Shown here one piece after another: positions 10,393 to 19,134 of a stretch of 64,000 bases of DNA; position 1 is the stretch's first letter, and each line of letters opens with the position of its first letter. Origin of the DNA: an uncultured Alphaproteobacteria bacterium. GTDB taxonomy: Bacteria; Pseudomonadota; Alphaproteobacteria; Rhizobiales; Xanthobacteraceae. Location of the stretch: positions 971 through 64,970 of the forward strand of contig CAVTWC010000028.1 in assembly GCA_963738105.1 (NCBI GenBank). Direction: 5' to 3'. Made by a program: the position numbers and the translations under genes. Under the pieces are notes generated by a model. That model searched no databases and was not told the origin of the DNA. It saw only the letters and a list, made by a program, of their open reading frames with translations.

Positions 10393-10587
10393 ATGACGGT
10401 CTATCGTGCGCATATCGTTGGACTACACGGCCGATCCATTGGCGTGGTTCAGCTCGATTGTATTGATGATGAGTCCGCCATCAAATCCGCTAGGCGGCTG
10501 GTCGACAGCCACGACGTCGAGCTTTGGCAGATGGATCGGCCTGTGGCCAGGCTCGACGCATGGTCCAAACAGATGTGCAAGAAATAG
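10393..10587 (+). CDS. Small hypothetical protein (64 aa)
   Basis: GGAGG lies 6 nt before ATG 10393. The sequence MTVYRAHIVGLHGRSIGVVQLDCIDDESAIKSARRLVDSHDVELWQMDRPVARLD follows a pattern (Y-R-A-x-I-x-G, D-C-x-D-D, V-E-L-W) I recall as a recurring small-protein family in rhizobia. Confidence 0.55.
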   Translation: MTVYRAHIVGLHGRSIGVVQLDCIDDESAIKSARRLVDSHDVELWQMDRPVARLDAWSKQMCKK

Positions 10588-10610
10588 CCGGGAGCGACGA
10601 CAAGCTGGCG

Positions 10611-10633
10611 ATGCTGCGCGCGTCGCGCAGCAT
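10611..10633. terminator. Hairpin between convergent genes (possible bidirectional terminator)
   Basis: ATGCTGCGCG-CGT-CGCGCAGCAT forms a perfect 10-bp stem. There is no U-tract on either side. Confidence 0.35.
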
Positions 10634-10654
10634 GTCAGCCTAGGTTCGATCCGG

Positions 10655-10882
10655 TTACCGCGGGCCCACGCTATACGCGCGGATCAAACATTTGGTCACC
10701 TGCCGGTCGCAGTATATCATGCATTTGTTGTTATTGGTCCCACCACCGGGGTTGGCACATCTGCCCACGCAATTTGCGGCTTGATCCTCACATTGCGCGG
10801 CGTCTTGCACTGCTTTTGCCGGTGAGTTGAGCAGCATTCCGATGCCCATTAGGGTGATCGCGAAGAAAAGGTGCCGTGCCAT
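10655..10882 (-). CDS. Small secreted cysteine-rich protein (75 aa, 6 Cys in the mature part)
   Basis: GGAGG precedes ATG 10882. The N-terminus is signal-peptide-like (MARHLFFAITLMGIGMLLNSPAKA). The mature part carries C-x7-C-x3-C ... C-x3-C-x7-C. Confidence 0.6.
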   Translation of the reverse strand: MARHLFFAITLMGIGMLLNSPAKAVQDAAQCEDQAANCVGRCANPGGGTNNNKCMIYCDRQVTKCLIRAYSVGPR

Positions 10883-11032
10883 ATTCGAACCTCCTGAGAT
10901 AGGGTGAGCGGGCCACGGCTAAATCCTAACCTCTCGACGAGGCTAAACCTACCTTTTTTCTGATCAGCTCCTTGTGGGCTGGCCAATGCTGGTCGCGGGC
11001 GAGCGGCGCCGGTTGCCGGCGCCGTTATTCTC

Positions 11033-11512
11033 TTAGCGGGCCGTTGCTCTCCTGGTCTCAACGATCGCTGCAACCCCAAGCCTGGTCCCGTCCAGCGAAC
11101 GCCGGACTTCGATCGACCGGGCGGCGAAGGCCAAACCCGCCGGCGGTATAAATTCAAAGCCATGGCAACCGCTGCCGAACCCAGCATGCTCGAGGTCTTC
11201 GCGATAGCGATTGGCCAAGGTGCGTCCGATCAGGATGCTATCCGCATAAATATCCAGACAGACCGGCGCTTCGGGATGGTCTGTGTGCTGCGCCCAGCCG
11301 GCGATGCCGGTCTTCCCGACATGATCGATCGTGCCGCGCAATTCGCTGATACGCGGTCCGTCGTCCGCCTCGGCAAGTCCTGCACGTTGCGCCAGGCGTC
11401 GCCGTACGGCTTCGACTTCGTAGCCGTCATCGCGCCGCGGCGCGCAATAACGTGCCGCCTGCCTGACATCATCGGGATAAAGCCCGTCATATTCGTGCGC
11501 GTTGTGAAACAT
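11033..11512 (-). CDS. Hypothetical protein (159 aa). Could instead be the C-terminal domain of the upstream tail-collar gene.
   Basis: ATG 11512 (MFHNAHEYDGLYPDD...) lies in the same frame as track ORF 11033..12355. The C-terminal part GTIDHVGKTGIAGWAQHTDHPEAPVCLDIYADSILIGRTLANRYREDLEHAGFGSGCHGFEF resembles an N-terminal module seen in rhizobial glycosyl/sulfotransferase-like proteins (from memory). Confidence 0.35.
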   Translation of the reverse strand: MFHNAHEYDGLYPDDVRQAARYCAPRRDDGYEVEAVRRRLAQRAGLAEADDGPRISELRGTIDHVGKTGIAGWAQHTDHPEAPVCLDIYADSILIGRTLANRYREDLEHAGFGSGCHGFEFIPPAGLAFAARSIEVRRSLDGTRLGVAAIVETRRATAR

Positions 11513-11558
11513 GCCGCGGCTGTCATCGTCGAGGAAGGTTTCCGATAGCGCGCGGGCG

Positions 11559-12438
11559 CTAAGGCGCTGCCCGCTTGAAAGAACAGGCCATTGGTGCAGA
11601 TCAGATAGGTCAGCGCCACCGACGGTTGATGGTTGTCGATCGGCACATCGAAGCCAAGCGATGGCGGCAGATCGGGCTTGGTGATAGCAGCGGTGTCGGA
11701 CCCGGTGACTTGGCCGAGCGGGGCGCCCGAGATGCCAAGGCTGGAATTGCCAGCACCGATAACAGTGTGGCCCTGCAGATTGGGCAGCGCAAAGGTCCTC
11801 TGGCTTGCATTGCCGCCATAGGGTGTTGCCGAGCTGGGCGAAGAGTGCAGGATGATCGGCAATGGAGAGCACCTGGCCGGCGGCGACCAGGTAGCCACTG
11901 GGCGCGAAAGTGCCGAGAAACGGCACGATCATGCCGGGGACATCGAGGCCGCTGCCGCCACCGTCGACATTGATCAGGTAGGTCACCCCCAGCGACGGTT
12001 GGTCGTTGCTGATGGACTGCCCGCCCCCGCCGATTGTGGTCGGCAGGTTGGCGCTTGTCAGCGTCACCGAATGCTGGCCGTAAGTTTCACCGTCAAAGAT
12101 CTGGTTAAACGGACCGCCGGCACCTGTGCCGACCATGGTGGTGCCGGCCAAATTCGGTAATCCGAAATTGTTGATGCCGTTGCCGCCATAGTTGGTGCCG
12201 AGTATCGAGAACAGCGCCGTCTGCTGCGCGAGCGGCAGAAGCTCGCCGGTAGCAGGCTGCTCCTTACCCGCGGTGCCGCTTTGCGCCGCCGTATCCGCGA
12301 AGGTGCGGATCGCCCCCAGTGGAATTCCACCGGAACCGCCACCGCCATCACGCAATGGAAAAAACCGCTATCGACGACAACCTGATTGAGAACGATCGAC
12401 GGTTGATCGCCGTCAATCGGAGTGATGGCAGTCGTCAT
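11559..12438 (-). pseudogene. Phage tail-collar (MdpB-like) repeat protein with two collar domains, broken by about 3 frameshifts
   Basis: The start MTTAITPIDGDQPSIVLNQVVVDSGFF (ATG 12438, GGGGGAG upstream) is in the frame of track ORF 12064..12501. Collar 1 (LPLAQQTALFSILGTNYGGNGINNFGLPNLAG...) is in the frame of 11033..12355. Collar 2 begins in that frame (FAPSGYLVAAGQVLSIADHPALFAQLGNT) and continues in the frame of 11230..11898 (YGGNASQRTFALPNLQGHTVIG...HQPSVALTYLICTNGLF). Switch points are at about 12357-12365 (A6 run), about 11818-11824 and about 11575-11590. The 3' end is uncertain. Confidence 0.65.
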
Positions 12439-12530
12439 GTCGTCTCCCCCGGACCGTCGCGTGCTGCGCGGAGGCAACATGCATCGACAGCGTGTCCCCA
12501 TCTCGGGATCAACGCCTGCGGGAGACGCTA

Positions 12531-13595
12531 GAGCGGTTTTCGGTTGATGTGAATTGGAACAGTAAGGGGGTTCCCAAAAGCGCGCAAATCAGATTCGGGT
12601 TGCTTTGACAGCAACAGCGAGGTCGCGCGATGGCGAAGGGATACTCGAAGGACCTCAGGGCGCGGGCGGTCGCACTTGTCGAAGACGGCGAGAGCAGACG
12701 GGAGGCGGCGCGGGTGCTCGGTCTCGGCGCCTCGACCGCAATCCGCTGGATCGAGCGCTGGGCGACAACGGGCAGTGTAGCGGCATTGCCCGGCACGGGC
12801 CACAGTCGCTCGCCGCTCGAGGCGCATCGCCAGTGGCTGCTTGATCTGGTCGCAGCGGAGCCGGATTTGACGCTCGAAGAGATTTGCGCTCGGCTCAAGT
12901 CCGAGAGGCGGCTGAAAACCGGTACGACCTCGGTCTGGCGTTTCTACGAACGCCATGACATCACGTTCAAAAAAAACTCTGCACGCCGCCGAACAGGATC
13001 GTCCTGATGTCGCTGCAGCGCGTGCCGAACTGAAGCTCGAGCAATCCAGGCTTGACGCGCCGCGCCTCGTCTTCATCGACGAGACGGCGGTTACGACCAA
13101 GATGGTCCGGCACCGCGGCCGCTCACCACGTGGTGAGCGTCTCGTTGCGAGCGTGCCGCACGGCCACTGGAAGACGCTGACGCTCGTTGCCGCGCTACGC
13201 ATTAATGGCCTGACAGCGCCTTATGTCATTGACGGCGCCATGGATGGGCCATCGTTCCTCGCTTATGTTGAGCAGATCCTCGCGCCGACGCTGCGCAAAG
13301 GCGATATCGTCTTCATGGATAACCTGCGCACCCACAAGATCGACGGCGTTCGCCATGCGGTCGAAGCGGTCGGCGCCAAAGTGCGCTATTTGCCGGCCTA
13401 CTCGCCGGATCTCAATCCGATCGAAATGGCATTCTCGAAGCTGAAGACGGCGCTTCGCAAGGGTGCCGCTCGCACCGTGACAACGCTGATGAAGCTGATC
13501 GGCAAGCTCATCAAGACATTTGCACCCGAGCAATGCGCGAACTACTTTCGACATGCCGGATACGAGTAGTGACCCATATCAAGTGGAAACCGCTC
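12531..13595 (+). mobile_element. IS630-family insertion sequence, apparently intact (1065 bp)
   Basis: The terminal inverted repeats are GAGCGGTTTTCGGTTGATGTG... (left) and ...CATATCAAGTGGAAACCGCTC (right). The element is flanked by TA on both sides (12529-12530 and 13596-13597), the target duplication typical of IS630/Tc1-mariner elements. Confidence 0.85.
12630..13569 (+). CDS. IS630-family transposase (two overlapping frames joined at an A8 slippery run)
   Basis: OrfA 12630..13007 carries an HTH (SRREAARVLGLGASTAIRWIERW). OrfB, in the frame of 12955..13569, carries the DDE domain (LVFIDETAV...FMDNLRTHK...LPAYSPDLNPIEMAFSKLK). The frames overlap at TTCAAAAAAAACT (A-run 12969..12976), consistent with programmed frameshifting. 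Confidence 0.85.
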
Positions 13596-13730
13596 TAGCA
13601 CGCAAGTTCCCTCCCACAACAGCCTTGTTTTCAGGCCGGACTGGGAGCGGCGTAAACGTTAACAGGAAGCGGTGTTAAGGATTGCGGGGGGATCGCTGTG
13701 CAAACCGATCCTGCACATCATGCGCCGCTT

Positions 13731-14567
13731 CTATTCCCTCACCGGTATCCAAATTTCGAGTCCGCCGTTGCCGGTAGCCGGATCGAACTTCTCGTCATAG
13801 CGCTCGAAACTCGGCGCGTCGGCGGCTTTCAGTCCGGACGCCGGCAGCCAGTGATTCCAGATCGTGTTGACGGTGCGGCGAATGGCCGAGACATGATCGC
13901 CGTGAGTGAAGACAGCGTATTTCTGTTCGGGAATCCGCACCCGGCTGAATTCGCGCGGCAGGTCCGAGAAGTCGATCACTTCGACGCCGGCGATGTAATC
14001 GAAATTGCCGGCATCGTCGCCATTGCAGCAGACGCCATAAGCGACCTGGCCGATCCGGCCGGGAAAGCCGGCGACCTCTTGATGAAACCGCTGCCACTGG
14101 TTGGGAATGCCGGCGCCGCTGTTCTCGTGCGTGATGCGCTCGCCGAGACCCGCAACGAGCAACGGCTTGGCGGTGACGAAACGCGGCGGCTCGAGGTGAT
14201 CGAGGGCGGTCGAATCCATCATGATGGGCTCCTGAAGTCTGAGTTGATCGAGGCACGCTCCGGCACGGACCGCTTCAGGCGTCACCCCGAAATGATCACG
14301 GAACGCGCGGGTGAATGCTTCGTGAGAGCCGTAATCGGCATCGAGCGCCACGTTGAGAATGTCCGGTGCACCGCCCGCCAGCGCCCGCGCCGCGGCGGTG
14401 AGCCGCCGGGCGCGCACGTAACGCATGACCGGCAACCCTGTCGCGGCGGCGAACGCCCGCACCATGTGAAAGCGCGAGATCCCGGCAACGCCGGCAATCT
14501 CGTCGAGGGTCAACGCCTCGGCGAGATGGCTTTCGATAAACCAGAGCGCCTTCTGGGCGGGGTTCAT
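13731..14567 (-). CDS. AraC-family transcriptional regulator with GyrI-like effector-binding domain
   Basis: 278 aa. The N-terminal AraC HTH pair (LTLDEIAGVAGISRFHMVRAF...DADYGSHEAFTRAFRDHFG) is followed by a GyrI/SOUL-type C-terminal half ending GLEIWIPVRE. Confidence 0.85.
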   Translation of the reverse strand: MNPAQKALWFIESHLAEALTLDEIAGVAGISRFHMVRAFAAATGLPVMRYVRARRLTAAARALAGGAPDILNVALDADYGSHEAFTRAFRDHFGVTPEAVRAGACLDQLRLQEPIMMDSTALDHLEPPRFVTAKPLLVAGLGERITHENSGAGIPNQWQRFHQEVAGFPGRIGQVAYGVCCNGDDAGNFDYIAGVEVIDFSDLPREFSRVRIPEQKYAVFTHGDHVSAIRRTVNTIWNHWLPASGLKAADAPSFERYDEKFDPATGNGGLEIWIPVRE

Positions 14568-14872
14568 GACGGAGTTCCTGACAGGATTTCTGGGCCCGCG
14601 TTCTCGATATCCCGGCTTTCATTCGAAGCAGCCCCATCATGATCGCTTCGCAGGTGCCGCATTTGACAGTCCTTGCTCTCGGTTGCCTTTTGCCTGCACA
14701 CGCCGCGACCGGAGCGAGCTCCTTCCGCTCTGCGGAAATTGTCGCCAAAGGCATTACTGGCAACCGCAACCCAATCGTGCATACTGCGGCTGCATTCGAT
14801 CCGACGGCTCAACAAGCTGCCCAAAAAGACTGCATGAGCCTTCGGCCAGCACGTTCAGGGAGGACGACGATA

Positions 14873-16102
14873 ATGCACTACCGTGTCTTGAGCCACGTTA
14901 AGTCTATCGCGCTTGCAGGCCTGATTGCCGCAGCAGTCGCGAGCGCTGCCAACGCGCAGAAGAAATACGATCCGGGCGCGACCGACACCGAAATCAAGAT
15001 CGGCAATATCATGCCCTATTCGGGGCCGGCGTCGGCCTATGCCGTGATCGGCAAGACCGAAGACGCCTATTTCAAGATGATCAATTCCCAGGGCGGCATC
15101 AACGGCCGCAAGATCAATTTCATCTCCTACGATGACGGCTACAGCCCGCCGAAAACGGTCGAGCAGGCGCGCAAGCTGGTTGAGGCCGACGAGGTTTTGC
15201 TGATCTTCAATCCGCTGGGCACGCCCGGCAACAGCGCGATCCACAAATACATGAACGCCAAGAAGGTGCCGCAGCTGTTCGTCTCGACGGGCGCCGCCAA
15301 ATGGAACGATCCGAAGGATTTTCCGTGGACCATGGGCTGGCAGCCAAGCTACCAGGTCGAGGCGCGGATCTACGCCAAATACATCCTGCAGAACTATCCC
15401 GGCAAGACCATCGGGGTGCTTTATCAGAATGACGATTTCGGCAAGGACTATATCATCGGACTGCACGAAGGCCTCGGCGATCAGGCCAGCAAGCTGATCG
15501 TGGTCGAGAGTTCGTATGAGACGAGTTCGCCCACGGTCGATTCCCAGGTGGTGCAGATCAGGGGCGCCAACCCGGACATCTTCATCAATATCGCCACGCC
15601 GAAATTCGCCGCCCAGGCGATCAAGAAAGTCGCCGAGATCGGCTGGCATCCGATCCAGTTTGTCACCAACGTGTCGGCTTCGGTCGGCGGGGTGATGAAG
15701 CCCGCCGGTTACGAGGCCAGTCAGGACGTCCTGAGCGCGGCGTATCTGAAGGACCCCAAGGATCCGAAATGGAAAAACGATCCCGCCATGAATGAATGGC
15801 GCGCGTTCATGACCAAATGGTATCCGGAAGGCGATCAGGAAGACGCTTCCACCACCTTCGGCTACGGCGTAGCGGAGGGCATCACGCAGGTGCTGAAGCA
15901 GTGCGGTGACGACCTGACCCGTGCCAACATCATGAAGCAGGCTGCCAATCTGAACTTCGAACTCGGCGTCTATCTGCCGGGCACCAAGATCAAGACCAGC
16001 CCGACCGATTTCGCCCCGCTCGAGCAACTACAGATGATGCGCTTCAAGGGCGAGAGCTGGGAATTGTTCGGACCCATGATGTCGGGCGAGAAAAGCTCGT
16101 AA
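14873..16102 (+). CDS. ABC transporter periplasmic binding protein, branched-chain amino acid (LivK/type-1) family
   Basis: Track ORF 14639..16102. ATG 14873 has GGAGG upstream, and a signal peptide ends AANAQ. IKIGNIMPYSGPASAYA and GGINGRKI are typical of the family. Confidence 0.85.
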   Translation: MHYRVLSHVKSIALAGLIAAAVASAANAQKKYDPGATDTEIKIGNIMPYSGPASAYAVIGKTEDAYFKMINSQGGINGRKINFISYDDGYSPPKTVEQARKLVEADEVLLIFNPLGTPGNSAIHKYMNAKKVPQLFVSTGAAKWNDPKDFPWTMGWQPSYQVEARIYAKYILQNYPGKTIGVLYQNDDFGKDYIIGLHEGLGDQASKLIVVESSYETSSPTVDSQVVQIRGANPDIFINIATPKFAAQAIKKVAEIGWHPIQFVTNVSASVGGVMKPAGYEASQDVLSAAYLKDPKDPKWKNDPAMNEWRAFMTKWYPEGDQEDASTTFGYGVAEGITQVLKQCGDDLTRANIMKQAANLNFELGVYLPGTKIKTSPTDFAPLEQLQMMRFKGESWELFGPMMSGEKSS

Positions 16103-16125
16103 ACCGCGCTACGCTGATGCGAACC

Positions 16126-16154
16126 GGCGCCCCCTCCTGATCGGACGGGGCGCC
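16126..16154 (+). terminator. Stem-loop downstream of the binding-protein gene
   Basis: GGCGCCCC-(13 nt)-GGGGCGCC forms an 8-bp GC stem, followed by GTCTTC (weak U-tract). Confidence 0.45.
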
Positions 16155-16244
16155 GTCTTCATGCTACAAAGCCGCTCGTTCAAAAAACAACAATCACCCA
16201 GCCCATGCCGGGATCGTGCCGGCATTCGAAAAGGGAGAGACAGC

Positions 16245-17348
16245 ATGCTGATCACGGACGTCCGGGCGCACCATATCCGCATTCCCTATGATTCCGGCGT
16301 GGCGAGCTTCAGGCACGGCGTTACCGCCAGCGCGGCGGTCGATATCGTGCTGGTCGAAGTCTCGACCGACGCCGGCATCACCGGCTGGGGCGACGCGTTC
16401 GCCTATGTCTGCCCGCGAACCACCTGCACCGCCATCGACGAGATGATCGCGCCGCAGGTTCGCGGGCTGACCGTTCCCGACGCCGCCGGCATTGCCGCTT
16501 TCATGGAAGAGATCCAGCGCAAGTTGCATCTGTTCGGCCGCTACGGCATCACGATGTTCGCAATCTCGGGGCTCGATATCGCGCTGTGGGACCTTGCCGG
16601 CAAAGTCCAGGGCGTGCCGCTACATCGGTTGCTGGGCGAGACGCAACGCGCGCAGATTCCCGCGTATGCGAGCCTGCTGCGGATCGGAACGCCGGAACTC
16701 GTCGCCGGCGAATGCGAGGCGGCGCGGCGGCTCGGCTATTCCGCGATCAAACTGCACGAGACCACCACACCGGCGGTATTCGCCGCGCGCCAGGCGATCG
16801 GCAATGGCGTTCCGCTGATGGTCGACATGAACTGCCCGCTCGACGGCACCGATGCGATCGCCTTCGCGCATGCCTGCCAAGCGGCGACACCGATGTTCCT
16901 GGAAGAACCGGTCTGGCCGCCGGAAGATTTTGAGACCTTGGCCGAGGTGCGCGCCAAGGGTGGCCTTGATATCGCGGCCGGAGAGAACGCCTGCACGATG
17001 TATCAATTCCGGCAAATGATGACATCAGGCGCCGTCAGCCACGCCCAGCCATCTGTGATCAAGGTCGGCGGCATTACCGAGTTCATGAAAGTCGCAGCAC
17101 TCGCCGACGAACTGGGCGTCGGGATCGTTCCGCATTCGCCGTATTTCGGACCCGGCTTCCTCGCGACGCTGCAGCTGATGTCAGTCCGGAATGAAGGCTA
17201 TATCGAAGTCTATTACATGAAGCGCGCCGCATGCCTGTGGCGCGGCCAGATCGATGCCGACGGTAACGGGAACATCGAGGTTCCGCAGGGGCCCGGACTT
17301 GGTTACGAGCCGGACAACGAGGTCATGGAACGCTATCGGGTGTCCTGA
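16245..17348 (+). CDS. Enolase-superfamily enzyme (mandelate racemase/muconate lactonizing enzyme family)
   Basis: Track ORF 16161..17348. Starts at ATG 16245 (MLITDVRAHHIRIPYD). MR/MLE-type motifs seen: GITGWGDA, LMVDMNCP, FLEEPVWPPED. Confidence 0.85.
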   Translation: MLITDVRAHHIRIPYDSGVASFRHGVTASAAVDIVLVEVSTDAGITGWGDAFAYVCPRTTCTAIDEMIAPQVRGLTVPDAAGIAAFMEEIQRKLHLFGRYGITMFAISGLDIALWDLAGKVQGVPLHRLLGETQRAQIPAYASLLRIGTPELVAGECEAARRLGYSAIKLHETTTPAVFAARQAIGNGVPLMVDMNCPLDGTDAIAFAHACQAATPMFLEEPVWPPEDFETLAEVRAKGGLDIAAGENACTMYQFRQMMTSGAVSHAQPSVIKVGGITEFMKVAALADELGVGIVPHSPYFGPGFLATLQLMSVRNEGYIEVYYMKRAACLWRGQIDADGNGNIEVPQGPGLGYEPDNEVMERYRVS

Positions 17349-17372
17349 CGGACTCTTCGTTGCCGAGGGTCG

Positions 17373-17726
17373 TTATTTCGCGCCATCCTTCGCAACCGGC
17401 GCGTCAGCTTTCTTTTTCAAATCCTCCGCGGCTTTCTTTTGCGCGGCCTGCACATCCTCGACCAGCTTCTGCAGGCCTACCACGCTGGTCTTGAGGGCTT
17501 CGATCTGGCGGTTCGCGGCATCGAGCTTCTGCTGATGGTCGATCGTGAGCTTGGTGATGGTCTTCTGTAAGAAATCGATATTGCTCTGCAGGCAGCTAGT
17601 GCGCCGTTCCATGGTCTTTTCGACGGTGCATATCTCGATGCCAGGAACGTCTTGGGCGCGGGCATGGCCTGACATCAGCAGGCAGAGCCCTGGCGCGGCC
17701 AGGGCGAACATGGTCCGGCCAATCAT
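17373..17726 (-). CDS. Secreted coiled-coil hypothetical protein
   Basis: Track ORF 17373..17756. ATG 17726 has GAGGA upstream. The signal peptide is MIGRTMFALAAPGLCLLMSGHARA, followed by heptad-like QQKLDAANRQIEALKTSVVGLQKLVEDVQAAQKK. Confidence 0.55.
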   Translation of the reverse strand: MIGRTMFALAAPGLCLLMSGHARAQDVPGIEICTVEKTMERRTSCLQSNIDFLQKTITKLTIDHQQKLDAANRQIEALKTSVVGLQKLVEDVQAAQKKAAEDLKKKADAPVAKDGAK

Positions 17727-17911
17727 TGAAATCCTCATGTGGGCAGCACTCGTCAATTTGTCGCGAGCCAGAATTTATCGCGAAGCGGAAGCAGGAGGAT
17801 CAGGATATCATACCGAAACCTCATTCGCGCATTGAGGTGTGCAATGGCCGTCGGGGAACCGGCGGCGTCAACCAGTGGCGTCTTGGATCAGGGGCGACTT
17901 GGAGAAGCGAA

Positions 17912-18118
17912 ATGGCAACGCGCGAACGGCGTCTGGCCGAATTCAATGGCCAGGGTGAACCACCGCCGGACCAACCGGTACAGGTGCTGTGCGAGGATCA
18001 CAGCGGCACCTATCAACTGCCGTTCGCCTGCCGTTTCGTCGATGGTGGATGGCGCAATAGCGAATCCGGTGGCGCGGTGGAAGCGACCGTGGTCGGCTGG
18101 CGCCTGCCGCGAGGCTAG
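17912..18118 (+). CDS. Small hypothetical protein (68 aa)
   Basis: GGAG precedes ATG 17912. The sequence is MATRERRLAEFNGQGEPPPDQPVQVLCEDHSGTYQLPFACRFVDGGWRN.... Codon usage is consistent with coding, but no family could be assigned. Confidence 0.4.
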   Translation: MATRERRLAEFNGQGEPPPDQPVQVLCEDHSGTYQLPFACRFVDGGWRNSESGGAVEATVVGWRLPRG

Positions 18119-18375
18119 CGCCCGCGCACCGCCTTGGGCTCGGCCGCTGTGCCATAATGCAACGGCAGCGGCCGGAGTTTTACACTCCGATTAGGATTCG
18201 GAACGGCGGTGGAACGAACCGCGCCCGAATCAGCGGATTCCCTCTGTACCCGGATGTTCACGGCTAGATATCGGCGCCGTTCGCAGGCGGCGCACTATAC
18301 CCAGCACGGCCACCACCGGCCGCAGCCAGCGTCCAAGCACAAAGGTTAATTCTTCCGGCGATGACATCGCGGGGC

Positions 18376-18810
18376 CTACTTCCAGGGGGTGACGGGAGGC
18401 ACCTCGTCGGTCGCGGGCGGCATATCGACCGTCTTGAAATCCGCCGGGCTGACGATCTCGAGATATTCCATGTCGGGCGAGTAATCGTAGAGATAGTGCA
18501 CGATGCCCGGCCGCTGATGCACGACGTCGCCGGCCTGAACCAGCGTCGGCTTGTCTTCGTACATGAAGCGGGCCCAGCCCTTGGTCATGATCACGATCTG
18601 GAAATCGCAGTCATGGCGATGCCAGCCGGTGCCGTCTTCCGGCGGCATGTCGGGATTGGCCTTCACCAGATGGCAGATCACCTGGCCGCCGGTCGCGGCC
18701 GCGATGCCGAGATCGCGATACAGGAAAAAGTCGCGCAGGCCTCCTCCCGTGAATTCGGTATCGCCGGGTTTGTTATGGGAAAATTGAGTGACGACAGCGT
18801 GCTGGTTCAT
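18376..18810 (-). CDS. Cupin-domain protein
   Basis: Track ORF 18376..18831. ATG 18810 has GGAGG upstream. The cupin metal motif region is GWHRHDCDFQIVIMTKGWARF...GDVVHQRPGIVH. Confidence 0.75.
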   Translation of the reverse strand: MNQHAVVTQFSHNKPGDTEFTGGGLRDFFLYRDLGIAAATGGQVICHLVKANPDMPPEDGTGWHRHDCDFQIVIMTKGWARFMYEDKPTLVQAGDVVHQRPGIVHYLYDYSPDMEYLEIVSPADFKTVDMPPATDEVPPVTPWK

Positions 18811-19134
18811 CGTGGCCTCCACTGTTCTCATGCATGCGAACCGCAGCGTCGCTCAGCGACCAATTCTTCGGCAGCCGCAACGCCACGTTCGCAACTTGAT
18901 CGGGCTATGCGAAAATCACGCCAGCCGCGCTGCAGCGCGACAGTTTCATCCGATGCTGTCGGAAAAGTCCGCGAAGCCGCTGGACCTCATTCGAAATTTA
19001 GTTCGAGCTATTTTTTTCGCGCGGTGTCGCCGGCGTCGCCATTTACGTCCGGCAACGCTGCGCATGGCACCCGTTTAAGCAAGACATGCCTCGGGCTTGA
19101 GCCCGACAAACAGGCAGCCGATGGCGCGCGCTGC

